Source of the DNA: Candidatus Dojkabacteria bacterium
GTDB taxonomy: Bacteria > Patescibacteriota > Dojkabacteria > B142 > OLB20
Reading direction: 5' to 3'
Length of the DNA stretch: 64,000 bases
Assembly: GCA_030583785.1 (NCBI GenBank)
Contig: CP129475.1
Coordinates: forward strand, 415,559-479,558
Below the pieces are notes generated by a model, which saw only the letters and a program-made list of their open reading frames with translations, was not told where the DNA came from and did not search any database. Made by a program: the position numbers and the translations under genes. This document shows, one piece after another, positions 8,229-17,235 of this stretch (its first letter is position 1; every line of letters begins with the position of its first letter).

Positions 8229-10148
8229 ATGAAACTATCATATAAAATTCTGCTTTCTTCAATAACTTTCTTTTTGTTTTTCTTAATTGGAAACAGCAAA
8301 GCACAAGCAGGGTCTTTTTACTTCTCACCTGCTAATGCCAACCTGATTCAAGGCTGTATCAATGAAGTTGTCGTCATGGTTGATACTGCCGGTGCAAATT
8401 CAAACGCAGCAGATATTGAAATTACTTATAATCCTGCTCAGATACAGGTCTTAGATTCAGACCTTATCACTCCTGGGGTGCAGGTTATCCCCGGTAACGC
8501 CTATCAGGCATATGTTTACAACAATGTAACACCCGGGGTGATTAAAGTCGCTGCTGGTTCTTTTATCGGTGACTTGAACGGAGTTGCAACGCTCTTAAAA
8601 ATACAATTTCAATCAATTGGAGCCACGGTAAGCTCTGGTTTTACAATTAACTTTACAGGACCCGGCAATACACTTGATAGTAATATTGCAGAAACAACTA
8701 CCAGCGATGATCTTTTAACCTCAGTAACAAACGGATTTTATACTTTCTCTAGTGGAAGTTGCATCGCTGACACTACACCACCAACAATCAGTTTTACAAA
8801 TCCAGTTAGTAATGCTTCTGGTGTAGGGCCGTCTGCAAATCTAGTTATCACCTTGTCAGATAATCAAAGTGGCGTTGATATTGACTCTGTTGTTGTAACC
8901 TTTAATGGAGTACCCTACCAAAATGGCGATGCAGGATTTAATTTTACCGGAAGCCCAGGAAGCTATGTCATCACGATTACGCCAGTTGGAGGAATTCCTC
9001 AAGGGGTTGCCTCAACTCTTGTAGTTCAGGCAAAAGATCTTGCCGGAAATAGCGCTAGTAGAATCATGAACTTTAATGTTCCGGCAGCCCCGATAGTTAC
9101 TCCCGGACCAACACAACCGCCTGTCCAGCAAGATACAGTTGCCCCAATTATTACACCAGAAGACCCTCAAGATGGGTCACAGGTTGAAATAAATACAAAT
9201 CTAAACATCAATATCACAGACGATGCCAGTGGTGTTAATCTCGGAAGTCTGATTCTTATATTGAACGGTAAACAGTATAAGTTTAATAGTCCACAAGTAA
9301 GTTACTCAGGCGATCCAAATAATTACACATTTATACTTGATCCAGAATCACTTCTGCCAGCAAACAGTCTTTCATACTTAACGATTTTTGTTAAGGACAA
9401 TGCCGGCAATGCATCAATAAAGACTATTAGCTTTGGACCAGACCTGAGCAAACTACCCGACACAGATACTCCAGATTGTCTATGCCCTACCCCTACATCA
9501 CCTCTACCTGATTCATATACTGATGTTGTCCGAATCTACCAATCTATAAACACAATACTACCATCAAACCTTAAATCCTTAGGCTTGCCGGGTTTCATCT
9601 CAGCTTTATTAGCCTTACTAACTGTGCTTGCAATGCTCAGCCTGCTAAAGATTCCAGATCTACTTCTTTTCTTGTTTACCAAAGGAAACAATCGACCTTG
9701 GGGTGTTGTTTATCAAGAGGATAGCGGAGAACCCGTTGCGGGAGCAAAAGCAATATTGAAAAGTATGGAAACAGAGGCATTTATAGAAAAATCAGTTACC
9801 GACTTTCAAGGAAGATACCAATTTGATCAACCTGCTGGTGATTATATGTTGCATGTTTCAAAGAACGGTTTCGGCGAAAAGGAATTAGGCATTAGGCACG
9901 AAATAAACAGTCAAATTGATTACATCGACCTGGCCGTTGATAATACCGGACCTATAATGCTAGTTATGAACTTTATTAAAAAGATTATCAGGTTTATCCA
10001 AAAACAACATCTGGCTTTCGCCTCTGCAGGTCTTGTCTTATCAATCGTATCTTATATGTTTGTGCCGACAGCCATTGCTCTGCTTCTAACAATCTTCTAT
10101 AGTCTTTGGATACTAATCGGGGGTACACTAACTTTTGTAAAGTCTTAA
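8229..10148 (+). CDS. Surface protein with N-terminal cohesin-like domain, two Ig-like domains, Pro/Thr linker, TM helix, CarboxypepD_reg-like (transthyretin-fold) domain and C-terminal TM helices
   Basis: A signal peptide (MKLSYKILLSSITFFLFFLIGNSKAQA) precedes a cohesin-like region (INEVVVMVDTAGANSNAADIEITYNPAQIQVLDSD...GVIKVAAGSFIGDLNGVATLLKIQFQSIGATVSSGFTINFTG). Two similar ~100-aa Ig-like repeats follow (PPTISFTNPVSNASG.../APIITPEDPQDGSQ...). Beyond a TM helix lies GVVYQEDSGEPVAGAKAILKS...FQGRYQFDQPAGDYMLHVSKNGF, typical of carboxypeptidase regulatory-like domains. Confidence 0.55.
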   Translation: MKLSYKILLSSITFFLFFLIGNSKAQAGSFYFSPANANLIQGCINEVVVMVDTAGANSNAADIEITYNPAQIQVLDSDLITPGVQVIPGNAYQAYVYNNVTPGVIKVAAGSFIGDLNGVATLLKIQFQSIGATVSSGFTINFTGPGNTLDSNIAETTTSDDLLTSVTNGFYTFSSGSCIADTTPPTISFTNPVSNASGVGPSANLVITLSDNQSGVDIDSVVVTFNGVPYQNGDAGFNFTGSPGSYVITITPVGGIPQGVASTLVVQAKDLAGNSASRIMNFNVPAAPIVTPGPTQPPVQQDTVAPIITPEDPQDGSQVEINTNLNINITDDASGVNLGSLILILNGKQYKFNSPQVSYSGDPNNYTFILDPESLLPANSLSYLTIFVKDNAGNASIKTISFGPDLSKLPDTDTPDCLCPTPTSPLPDSYTDVVRIYQSINTILPSNLKSLGLPGFISALLALLTVLAMLSLLKIPDLLLFLFTKGNNRPWGVVYQEDSGEPVAGAKAILKSMETEAFIEKSVTDFQGRYQFDQPAGDYMLHVSKNGFGEKELGIRHEINSQIDYIDLAVDNTGPIMLVMNFIKKIIRFIQKQHLAFASAGLVLSIVSYMFVPTAIALLLTIFYSLWILIGGTLTFVKS

Positions 10149-10154
10149 TGGCAC

Positions 10155-12551
10155 TTACTTGATGATAGGTGCTGAACCTTCAACTTGTTCCATTCCTGAT
10201 AAAGGTATAGTCACATAGAAGGTTGATCCTTTCCCTACTTCAGATTCAAACCAGATCTTTCCATTAAACTTGTCCACCATAGACTTAACAATATAAAGCC
10301 CCAAGCCAGAACCGCTAACATCTAGCTGTTTAATATTATCGGCTCGGAACATTTTTTCAAATACTCTATCTTGTTGATCTTTAGGTATACCGTAGCCTGT
10401 GTCGGAAATTTTGATTAGAATTTCTTCTTTAGAGTCATCGGAGCTTTGTTTAAGAATATCGAAACTAACAGTACCTCCGTTTGGCGTGTATTTTAATGCA
10501 TTAGAAAGTAAATTAGACATTATCATTCTCAGGAGTTTTTCATCTGCTCTAATAGTTTGAATCTGATCGCTAAAATTATTATTAAGAATTATATTCTTCT
10601 CTTGAACTAGGTAATTAAATTCTTTAATTATATTTTCGGCAAGTTTAGATATATTAATCTCTGTTGGCGTAATAGGAAGTGTTCCAAGCTCGATCCTTGA
10701 AACATCTAATAAGGAATTAATCAAATCTAACATTCTTTCTGTTGCTTGCTTAATCTCAGTTATGTATTCCTTATCAGAACCACTGTATTTTGAATCGAAA
10801 TCCTGCATTAGCATTTCGATATACCAACTGATTGTGGTAATTGGAGTTCTAAGCTGATGAGATACCATAGATACGAACTCGCTTTTTGCTAAATCAATTT
10901 GTTTTGATTGTGTGATATCTCTCATAATCTCTACAGCTCCAATAATCTTGTTTTGAAAAACTACCATTGAGACTGTTGAGGCTATTGGAATTCTAACCCC
11001 ATTGCTACTTAGTAGATAATATTCTCCCGTTTTGTTTGTTTGCAAAGCGACAGCTTCTTCTATCGGAGTTTTTGCAAGCTTGAGAATATTTCCCTTTGCA
11101 TCTTTTCCTAAAATATTCATCACTTTGCTTACTGGTCTTCCGATAGCCTTGCTTGGATCTACACCAAGCATAGCGATTGCGGCTGGATTAGCCATTATTA
11201 GATTACCTTGCCTGTCTACTGCTAAGATACCTTCTCCAATTGAACCAAGGAAGGCCTCTGTTCTTGCTTTTTCTTCTTCTGAAACCTTTCTTGCTAATTC
11301 TACATCTTCCATAACATTCATAATCGCCATTTTTATTTCAGATAATCTGGCATTACTCTCCTCTAATTTGGACACCTTATTAGTAAGTTTCGCAGTAGCA
11401 GATTGAACGCGCATCTCGAGGTTTTGATTCATTTCCTGAAGATCTTTTGCCATCGCATTGACGGATTTTGCAAGTAAGCCGATTTCATCGTTCGAGCGCA
11501 CTTCTACTCTATTTGTTAGGTTCCCGCGAGCAATCTGAGTAACCGTTCCGGTGATTGACTCTATAGGTTTAACTATTGTTCGAGTTAATAGACTGACTAC
11601 AAGAAAGACAACTAGGAATAAGACTAAGTTTGACAGTATCAACTGATCTCTTAGTCTGTATACACCGCTAAGAATGACTTCTTCAGGTATCTCTTTAATA
11701 ACTAGCCAATAGTCTGAATCTAGGCTTGGAAAGACTACTCTCTCGAAGCTATACAGACTAGCATCAAGAATAAATGTATCTCTAATATTGTTTTGTAAGG
11801 AATAAAGTTTGTCATCTAAAATGTTATAGATGTTTTCTCCTACCTTAAAGCTGTCAACTCTATAAATCTGTGAATTTGTGGCTAGTATAGTTCCGGAATC
11901 AGAAACAATGTATTCTGCGAATCTATTATTACTGCTTGTTTCATTTATAAAGGGTGTTAGGTTTATATCTACAAGAAAGACAATATAAGCCGTTGTATTC
12001 CCGGATAGGGCTATTGGTCTTATAAAGTAGACTTCAGTAATTAGTTCATTATTGTATTGATAAGTGAAATAATCGCTAATCGTTTGCCCCTCTTCTAGAT
12101 CTGAAAGTACAAGAAACGGATCAGCATGCTTGATTAAATCATAAACATCCTCAATAGATTGTTCGTTTTGCAGAAACGAAGGATTCTTGAAATCGTATAA
12201 CGGATTTCCCTGTGAGTCTAAAAGAAATATCCTGCTGAGGTAATTCTTATACTGGATAAAAGTATTGAAATCATTATCGATAACTTCTTGAGGCATATTA
12301 TCCAAACTACCTAGAGTGGTTGTATGCTTAACGATGTGAGTAGCAAGCATTCCAACCTCTTTTTCTATCTGTTGAAGGGCAGTTGTTATTGCTCTTGCTC
12401 GAACTGCTGTTGTGCTGACACTCTCGTTAATACTCTGATCTAAAGCAAGACTTGTCTGGTTTTGTATACTAAAATATGCCAACACAGACATACCTAAACC
12501 TAGGGTTAGTGAAAGAATCAGTGTTACTTTTGTAGATAGTTTAATTTTCAT
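10155..12551 (-). CDS. Sensor histidine kinase (periplasmic sensor domain, HAMP, PAS, HisKA, HATPase_c)
   Basis: Two TM helices flank a ~280-aa extracytoplasmic domain. A HAMP-like region and coiled coil precede a PAS (GEGILAVDRQGNLIMANPAA), an H-box SHQLRTPITTISWYIEML, and N/G boxes (LLSNALKYTPNGG ... DTGYGIP ... GSGLGLYIVKSMV). Confidence 0.85.
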   Translation of the reverse strand: MKIKLSTKVTLILSLTLGLGMSVLAYFSIQNQTSLALDQSINESVSTTAVRARAITTALQQIEKEVGMLATHIVKHTTTLGSLDNMPQEVIDNDFNTFIQYKNYLSRIFLLDSQGNPLYDFKNPSFLQNEQSIEDVYDLIKHADPFLVLSDLEEGQTISDYFTYQYNNELITEVYFIRPIALSGNTTAYIVFLVDINLTPFINETSSNNRFAEYIVSDSGTILATNSQIYRVDSFKVGENIYNILDDKLYSLQNNIRDTFILDASLYSFERVVFPSLDSDYWLVIKEIPEEVILSGVYRLRDQLILSNLVLFLVVFLVVSLLTRTIVKPIESITGTVTQIARGNLTNRVEVRSNDEIGLLAKSVNAMAKDLQEMNQNLEMRVQSATAKLTNKVSKLEESNARLSEIKMAIMNVMEDVELARKVSEEEKARTEAFLGSIGEGILAVDRQGNLIMANPAAIAMLGVDPSKAIGRPVSKVMNILGKDAKGNILKLAKTPIEEAVALQTNKTGEYYLLSSNGVRIPIASTVSMVVFQNKIIGAVEIMRDITQSKQIDLAKSEFVSMVSHQLRTPITTISWYIEMLMQDFDSKYSGSDKEYITEIKQATERMLDLINSLLDVSRIELGTLPITPTEINISKLAENIIKEFNYLVQEKNIILNNNFSDQIQTIRADEKLLRMIMSNLLSNALKYTPNGGTVSFDILKQSSDDSKEEILIKISDTGYGIPKDQQDRVFEKMFRADNIKQLDVSGSGLGLYIVKSMVDKFNGKIWFESEVGKGSTFYVTIPLSGMEQVEGSAPIIK

Positions 12552-14070
12552 CCTGATACCTTGCCAGTTGTTGTTTAAGTTCTTTCATACGAATCTCTCT
12601 ACCGACCATAAGTCTGTTCACTTTTTCTAGTTCTGCGTTTCTCTTCTCTAGTTTTTCTTCACTTTCGTTTCTTTCGATGGCAAACATAATATTTTGTCCA
12701 ACAATGCGCATTATGTTAGTCATGTCTTCTAGCCATCTTCTGGTTTTTGTTAGTTGCGTCATACCAATAAAACCCTTAACAATATTTTTTGTAATAAACG
12801 GAACTACAAGCATTGATTTAATGCCTAGGTTTAGGAATTCATCTCTCTCAAGAACTGCATCCTGTGGTAATTCATTAATATTTTCAAATTTAAAAACCTT
12901 GCCAGAAAGCAAAGTTCTATGCATATTTCGAAGAGTCGTTATAGGAACCCAAACTCTATACTTATCAGGGATTTTCTTCTCTTGAGCAATGGCCCAGTCG
13001 TAACCTATGCTCATCTGACTTTGATCATCTGAATAAAAAAAGATGTAGAGCCTATCTACTCCAATAAATTTCCCGATTCTCTCCATGATATTAACTATAC
13101 GGATTTGAAACTCATCTTTTGGAATATAAATTAGGCTCGAACTAATATCACTGATTAACATTTGTAATGAACTTCTAACCTTTAGCTCTTGCTGGCTTTG
13201 ATAAACATATGTTGTATCTATACCAAAGTGAAAGACAGTTTTCTTGCTTCCAGTCTCTGTTATAACTGTTCTTCTCCAAGATATTTGCCTAATATTTGAG
13301 GGGGAGATTGCAATAATATCGCTCTTCTGGCTTAAGACCGATTTACTATCGCTTAAAAGCTTCTCATACTCACTTGCGTAATATTCTCTTTGATCGACAG
13401 GTGCGATAACATCAAGCCAATCGTTACCGAAAAGCTTTTTGCCATTTGCAAGTATCTTGTCTGCCATCGGATTAGAATAGATTATCTTGTAAGCACTATC
13501 CGTGACCAAGACCAAAGCATCTGAACTTTCGAGATAAATTCTAGATTTGTCCTTCTCAACCGACAACTGTTCTCTGACTTGTTGCTCTTGGGTAATATCC
13601 TTAACATAACTTATTATCGCCTGCACGCTTCCGTTATAATCGAAGAGAACCGAATCAAATATGACTGTTCTGATACTACCATCTGCATGATTAATATTTG
13701 TGCGCAAACTGATTGGCTTTTTATTGCGTAGAATTGCAGCAATTGAACCTAATACTTCTCTTAATGAATCTGGCGGGAAAAGCTTCAACATAGGGATCCT
13801 TTTACCTATCAAATCGTTCGGCGTATAACCTCCGACAGAAGCAAGAGCTTTATTTACTTGCAGAACTTTTCCGGTAGGCGAGGTAATAGCTATTCCGAAA
13901 GGGATTGAATCAAATATTGTCTGATATTTTTTTATTTCAAGCTCAAGATTGTCGTTAGAAGCGCATTCTTTTTCTAATATAGCCACTAAGGGTTTGAGCA
14001 ATTCTTGTTTATTGCTATCAATTTCTCCATAAGCCTGAAGAAGAATTTGTTGGACCTTATTTTCTGACAT
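12541..14070 (-). CDS. Cytoplasmic PAS-PAS-GAF signalling protein without recognisable output domain; overlaps start of downstream histidine kinase by 11 bp
   Basis: Two PAS-like segments (FDSIPFGIAITSPTGKVLQVNKA..., SDALVLVTDSAYKIIYSNP...) and a GAF-like region (RIGKFIGVDRLYIFFY...MLVVPFITKNIVKGFIGM) are followed by a C-terminal coiled coil (EEKLEKRNAELEKVNRL). Confidence 0.6.
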   Translation of the reverse strand: MSENKVQQILLQAYGEIDSNKQELLKPLVAILEKECASNDNLELEIKKYQTIFDSIPFGIAITSPTGKVLQVNKALASVGGYTPNDLIGKRIPMLKLFPPDSLREVLGSIAAILRNKKPISLRTNINHADGSIRTVIFDSVLFDYNGSVQAIISYVKDITQEQQVREQLSVEKDKSRIYLESSDALVLVTDSAYKIIYSNPMADKILANGKKLFGNDWLDVIAPVDQREYYASEYEKLLSDSKSVLSQKSDIIAISPSNIRQISWRRTVITETGSKKTVFHFGIDTTYVYQSQQELKVRSSLQMLISDISSSLIYIPKDEFQIRIVNIMERIGKFIGVDRLYIFFYSDDQSQMSIGYDWAIAQEKKIPDKYRVWVPITTLRNMHRTLLSGKVFKFENINELPQDAVLERDEFLNLGIKSMLVVPFITKNIVKGFIGMTQLTKTRRWLEDMTNIMRIVGQNIMFAIERNESEEKLEKRNAELEKVNRLMVGREIRMKELKQQLARYQDEN

Positions 14071-14094
14071 CTGGCAGTATTGATATCTATATGA

Positions 14095-15258
14095 CTAAAA
14101 TTCAGCTACCTCTTCCCAACTCTTAATGATGATCTCAGGATTTATCTGAACGGTTTTAATCTTAATTCTTCGAACGGCTTCTCCTACAGTTGAGGTCACT
14201 CTAATTTCTTTGTTTGGCTGAGTATTTAATTGACATTGCGTGTATAACAAACTAATTTCTGCAGGTGTTAGCACTCTATCCCAAATATCTAGATTATCGA
14301 TTAGGCCACTCCATGGTTCTGCACCAAGAACATCTTTTGCTCCTCTACCAACTAGTAAAGTCGATGCCCCTGCGATTACACCAGGCACTCGTGGCCCCAA
14401 AAAAGTTGTACCAACAAGGTTACCATTTACAAAAAGCTGAATATCGTCTCCGTTCTCCCAGGTAAGAACCAAATGTTGCCAATCCGTTGTAGTGATATTC
14501 GAAGTAGTTTCCATTTGTTGAACAATATTGCTCACACCATTAAAAATGGTTACTCCAGCCTTAATTACCTCTGTACCCCCCCCATAAAGACCGCCAGCAT
14601 CGTAACGCATACCAAACACATCATCGTCACCGTTAGGTGGAAATGTTATTAAGAAACCTCTGTCTGTGTTAATCGTATCTGACTTTATCCAGGTTGAGAT
14701 AGAAAATGCAGTCATGCCATTAATATAATCTTCTCCGTCTGCATCTTCTAGGAAATCGTTTATTCCATCGAAACTTGCTGCAGAGTCGCACTGACCAATT
14801 ACATCTGCAGTTGGACAAGCACTCCCTGAACACTCGAAGTGTCTGTTATTACCAGAACTATCTAAAAAGGTAGTTGAAGCAGGGGGATCATCAAACTTGA
14901 GAGAAAGAACATTCCCTCCTCCATTATCTCCAACCTCTTCTGGGATATCAGTTATTACATATTCGCAGGTTCCGTCTGCAAGAGATGAGTTTGTTGTTCC
15001 GGTAATTGATGGATCGTTTCTAATAGCATCAAGTGCTCGGTTGGCACAGGCATCGTGAATAGCTCTTGCTGATGTGCTTTCAACTACTAGATCCGTGGTA
15101 TTTACACTCGATGTACCCAACAGGATAATGCTCACAAGAAGGGTTCCCGCAACAATGCTAATCAGAATCACTGTAACTAGTGCGATGTATCCATTTTTTT
15201 TATCTGACATTGATGCTTGCGTAATAAGTTTGAGTATAGTCATTCTCTGATCTGCCAT
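14095..15258 (-). CDS. Type IV pilin-like (minor pilin/pseudopilin) protein fused to a LamG / concanavalin A-like lectin domain; probable start at MSDKKNG (about 15210)
   Basis: A short basic leader MSDKKNG is followed by a hydrophobic helix YIALVTVILISIVAGTLLVSIILL (pilin-like, no Glu5). A LamG-like domain includes FDGINDFLE...DWQHLVLTWENGDDIQLFVNGNLVG. Confidence 0.55.
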   Translation of the reverse strand: MADQRMTILKLITQASMSDKKNGYIALVTVILISIVAGTLLVSIILLGTSSVNTTDLVVESTSARAIHDACANRALDAIRNDPSITGTTNSSLADGTCEYVITDIPEEVGDNGGGNVLSLKFDDPPASTTFLDSSGNNRHFECSGSACPTADVIGQCDSAASFDGINDFLEDADGEDYINGMTAFSISTWIKSDTINTDRGFLITFPPNGDDDVFGMRYDAGGLYGGGTEVIKAGVTIFNGVSNIVQQMETTSNITTTDWQHLVLTWENGDDIQLFVNGNLVGTTFLGPRVPGVIAGASTLLVGRGAKDVLGAEPWSGLIDNLDIWDRVLTPAEISLLYTQCQLNTQPNKEIRVTSTVGEAVRRIKIKTVQINPEIIIKSWEEVAEF

Positions 15259-15709
15259 CTGGATTTACATAGCTAAGAGTTAGGGCCACCCTAACTACAC
15301 CTTTGGTTCCCGGTCTTGATAAGTTAGTTACAAGAAAATTATCAACCGATACTCTGTTCGAGCTTAAATTAACGGGAGGAAAGAATTTCTCTGTCATGCT
15401 AAGTGTGTTTCCACTCAAGGCAATTGTAGTTGGATCAACTGCGGCTGTTACCATATCGAGTTGAATCTGGTTACTACTAAGTCCTGCAGAAGGTAATATG
15501 ATTGCTTCTGAATCACGAACCGATTGAGATATCAACTGTAGTATCTGCATAGCTTGCTGATCGACTTCTGCAACTGTGGCTGCCCGTGCTCTGGCAAATA
15601 TTATCTGCGTAAAGACAAGAGTTATTATAGTCAACACAACAGCGGCTATCGCTGTGTAAAGTAGCACTTCAATTAATGTAAAAGCTTGTTTGTGCTTGTT
15701 ATGATCCAT
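15200..15709 (-). CDS. Type IV pilin-like protein (prepilin-type N-terminal methylation domain)
   Basis: The leader MDHNKHKQA is followed by FTLIEVLLYTAIAAVVLTIITLV, the class III signal/pilin N-terminus with Glu at +5. It has a small 169-aa body. Confidence 0.75.
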   Translation of the reverse strand: MDHNKHKQAFTLIEVLLYTAIAAVVLTIITLVFTQIIFARARAATVAEVDQQAMQILQLISQSVRDSEAIILPSAGLSSNQIQLDMVTAAVDPTTIALSGNTLSMTEKFFPPVNLSSNRVSVDNFLVTNLSRPGTKGVVRVALTLSYVNPDGRSENDYTQTYYASINVR

Positions 15710-17235
15710 TAATTTGGTTGTAGTATATAAAACTCGTTACTATTATCCTGATTTGTCAAAAATATTCTATCAATAGATGGCTGATAAAAAATTCCTGTAG
15801 CATTACCAGGCAAGTTCAAATCTCCCACGAAAACAGGTGAAGCTGGAGTTGTGTAATCTAAAACCAGAAACTCTTGGGCTGCGGACTGATTAGCAACAAA
15901 AAGTCGATTAAATAATGGGTCATAAGCTAGGTCGTTCACCTGGCCACCCGTGCTATAGGTACTCTGGACCACAAGAGATGTTGGTGTAGAGGCACTAACT
16001 GCAACTAGGGTGCCATCAGCTCTGCCAACAAACATTTGTGAACCATCCATAAGAATAGTTCGAGCAATACTCCTTCCAGCAAGATTCAATGAACCGGCTG
16101 CAGAAATTGAACCCGGATTAGTTATATCTAAAATCTGAATCTCTGCAGAACCGCTGTTTGTTGCCAAGTATGCGTAGTTTCCGTAAATTGCAATATCGTA
16201 AACTGTGTTTGGAATATTAAAGCTACCTAATAAAACCGGTGAAGCCGGGGTGGCAATGTTGTAAATGTAAAATTCTGGCTGTCCACCGCTGACTCTACCA
16301 GCATAGAGCCTTGTACCATCAACTCTAACAGCATAAATGTTTTGATTTGTAGCTAAATCGATATTACTTGAATTCGTTGGCGCATTTGGATTTGTAACAT
16401 TAAAAACACGAATCTCTGCATTATTTGCAGACGAAGCTAAATAAAGATAATTTGCTCCACTGTCAGCCAACATGAATCCATTACTGGCAGGAGATGTAGT
16501 TCCGAGAGGAGCAGGTGATGCCGGATTTGAAATATCAAATATTCTGAGTACAGATGCTAGCTGCAATACATAAGCAAAATTACCATTAACAACAACATCG
16601 ATAGCATCATTATTTCCTGCAAAGTTAACCGAAGTAGTTACTGCTGGATTAGCCCAACTAGCGGTTGGTGTTGGTGATGGTGTTGGCGTCGGTGAATCTG
16701 TTGGTAACGGAGTTGCTGATGGTGTTGCTGTTGGTGTCGGTGTCGGTGTATTTGTTGGTGTTGGGGTTGGAGTTGGTGTAGGTGTCGGTGTTGCCAGTCT
16801 GCCCCAATCGCTGATTTCCGTTGATATTGTTACAGATCTGTTTATACCCGTTGGTTCTTGGCTCCAGTTGACAACTGCTGTAACCTGCTTTCGATAAGCG
16901 TCAATCGAGCTTACGGTTATGCTTCTGCTATATTCCCCTACTGTATCGGAAGAACCACTTAGAGCCCAAACACCTCCGGAAATTGTGATACCATGAACCC
17001 CGTCAGGTAGGTTTGAAAAGTCTTCTTCGGCAATATTTCTTGCAGCCTCTATGGCTTCGTCGGCTAAGAATGAGGCTCTGGCAGCATTGCCCGAAGCATA
17101 TATTGATTCTTGAGAGAAAGAAAGTAAGGCAACAACAGAGAATATTAATAACCCTAGCAATGCTAAAGCCAAAAGAACCTCTACAAGAATTGCTGCCTTG
17201 AATTGTCTCTTTTCTTTTCTCATTTTAATAATCAA
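15709..17235 (-). CDS. Large pilin-like protein: prepilin-type N-terminus + Thr-Pro-rich linker + LVIVD-repeat beta-propeller
   Basis: The N-terminus reads KRQFKAA/ILVEVLLALALLGLLIF. The TPTPTPTPTPTPTNTPTPTPTATPSATPLPTDSPTPTPSPTPT linker is encoded by GGTGTT-type hexamer repeats at about 16655..16795. At least 5 repeats follow of the pattern hydrophobic-x-I/V-F/L-D/N-I/V-T/S-N-P-x-x-P (LRIFDISNPASPAPLG, IRVFNVTNPNAPTNSS, FYIYNIATPASPVLLG, IQILDITNPGSISAAG, LVLDYTTPASPVFVG), which is the LVIVD repeat. Confidence 0.65.
   Translation of the reverse strand: MIIKMRKEKRQFKAAILVEVLLALALLGLLIFSVVALLSFSQESIYASGNAARASFLADEAIEAARNIAEEDFSNLPDGVHGITISGGVWALSGSSDTVGEYSRSITVSSIDAYRKQVTAVVNWSQEPTGINRSVTISTEISDWGRLATPTPTPTPTPTPTNTPTPTPTATPSATPLPTDSPTPTPSPTPTASWANPAVTTSVNFAGNNDAIDVVVNGNFAYVLQLASVLRIFDISNPASPAPLGTTSPASNGFMLADSGANYLYLASSANNAEIRVFNVTNPNAPTNSSNIDLATNQNIYAVRVDGTRLYAGRVSGGQPEFYIYNIATPASPVLLGSFNIPNTVYDIAIYGNYAYLATNSGSAEIQILDITNPGSISAAGSLNLAGRSIARTILMDGSQMFVGRADGTLVAVSASTPTSLVVQSTYSTGGQVNDLAYDPLFNRLFVANQSAAQEFLVLDYTTPASPVFVGDLNLPGNATGIFYQPSIDRIFLTNQDNSNEFYILQPN

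Noticed and set aside
12677-12985. Plus-strand ORFs inside the histidine kinase and PAS/GAF genes (11032..11406, 12677..12985, 14240..14465)
   Set aside because: They are antisense to long conserved-domain ORFs, and their hydrophobic, low-complexity translations are typical of shadow ORFs in AT-rich genes.
16655-16795. Hexamer GGTGTT/GGTGTC repeat tract as a possible non-coding microsatellite or CRISPR-like element
   Set aside because: It lies in frame inside the 15709..17235 ORF and encodes the (Thr-Pro)n linker. It is coding low-complexity, though still a likely site of length variation.
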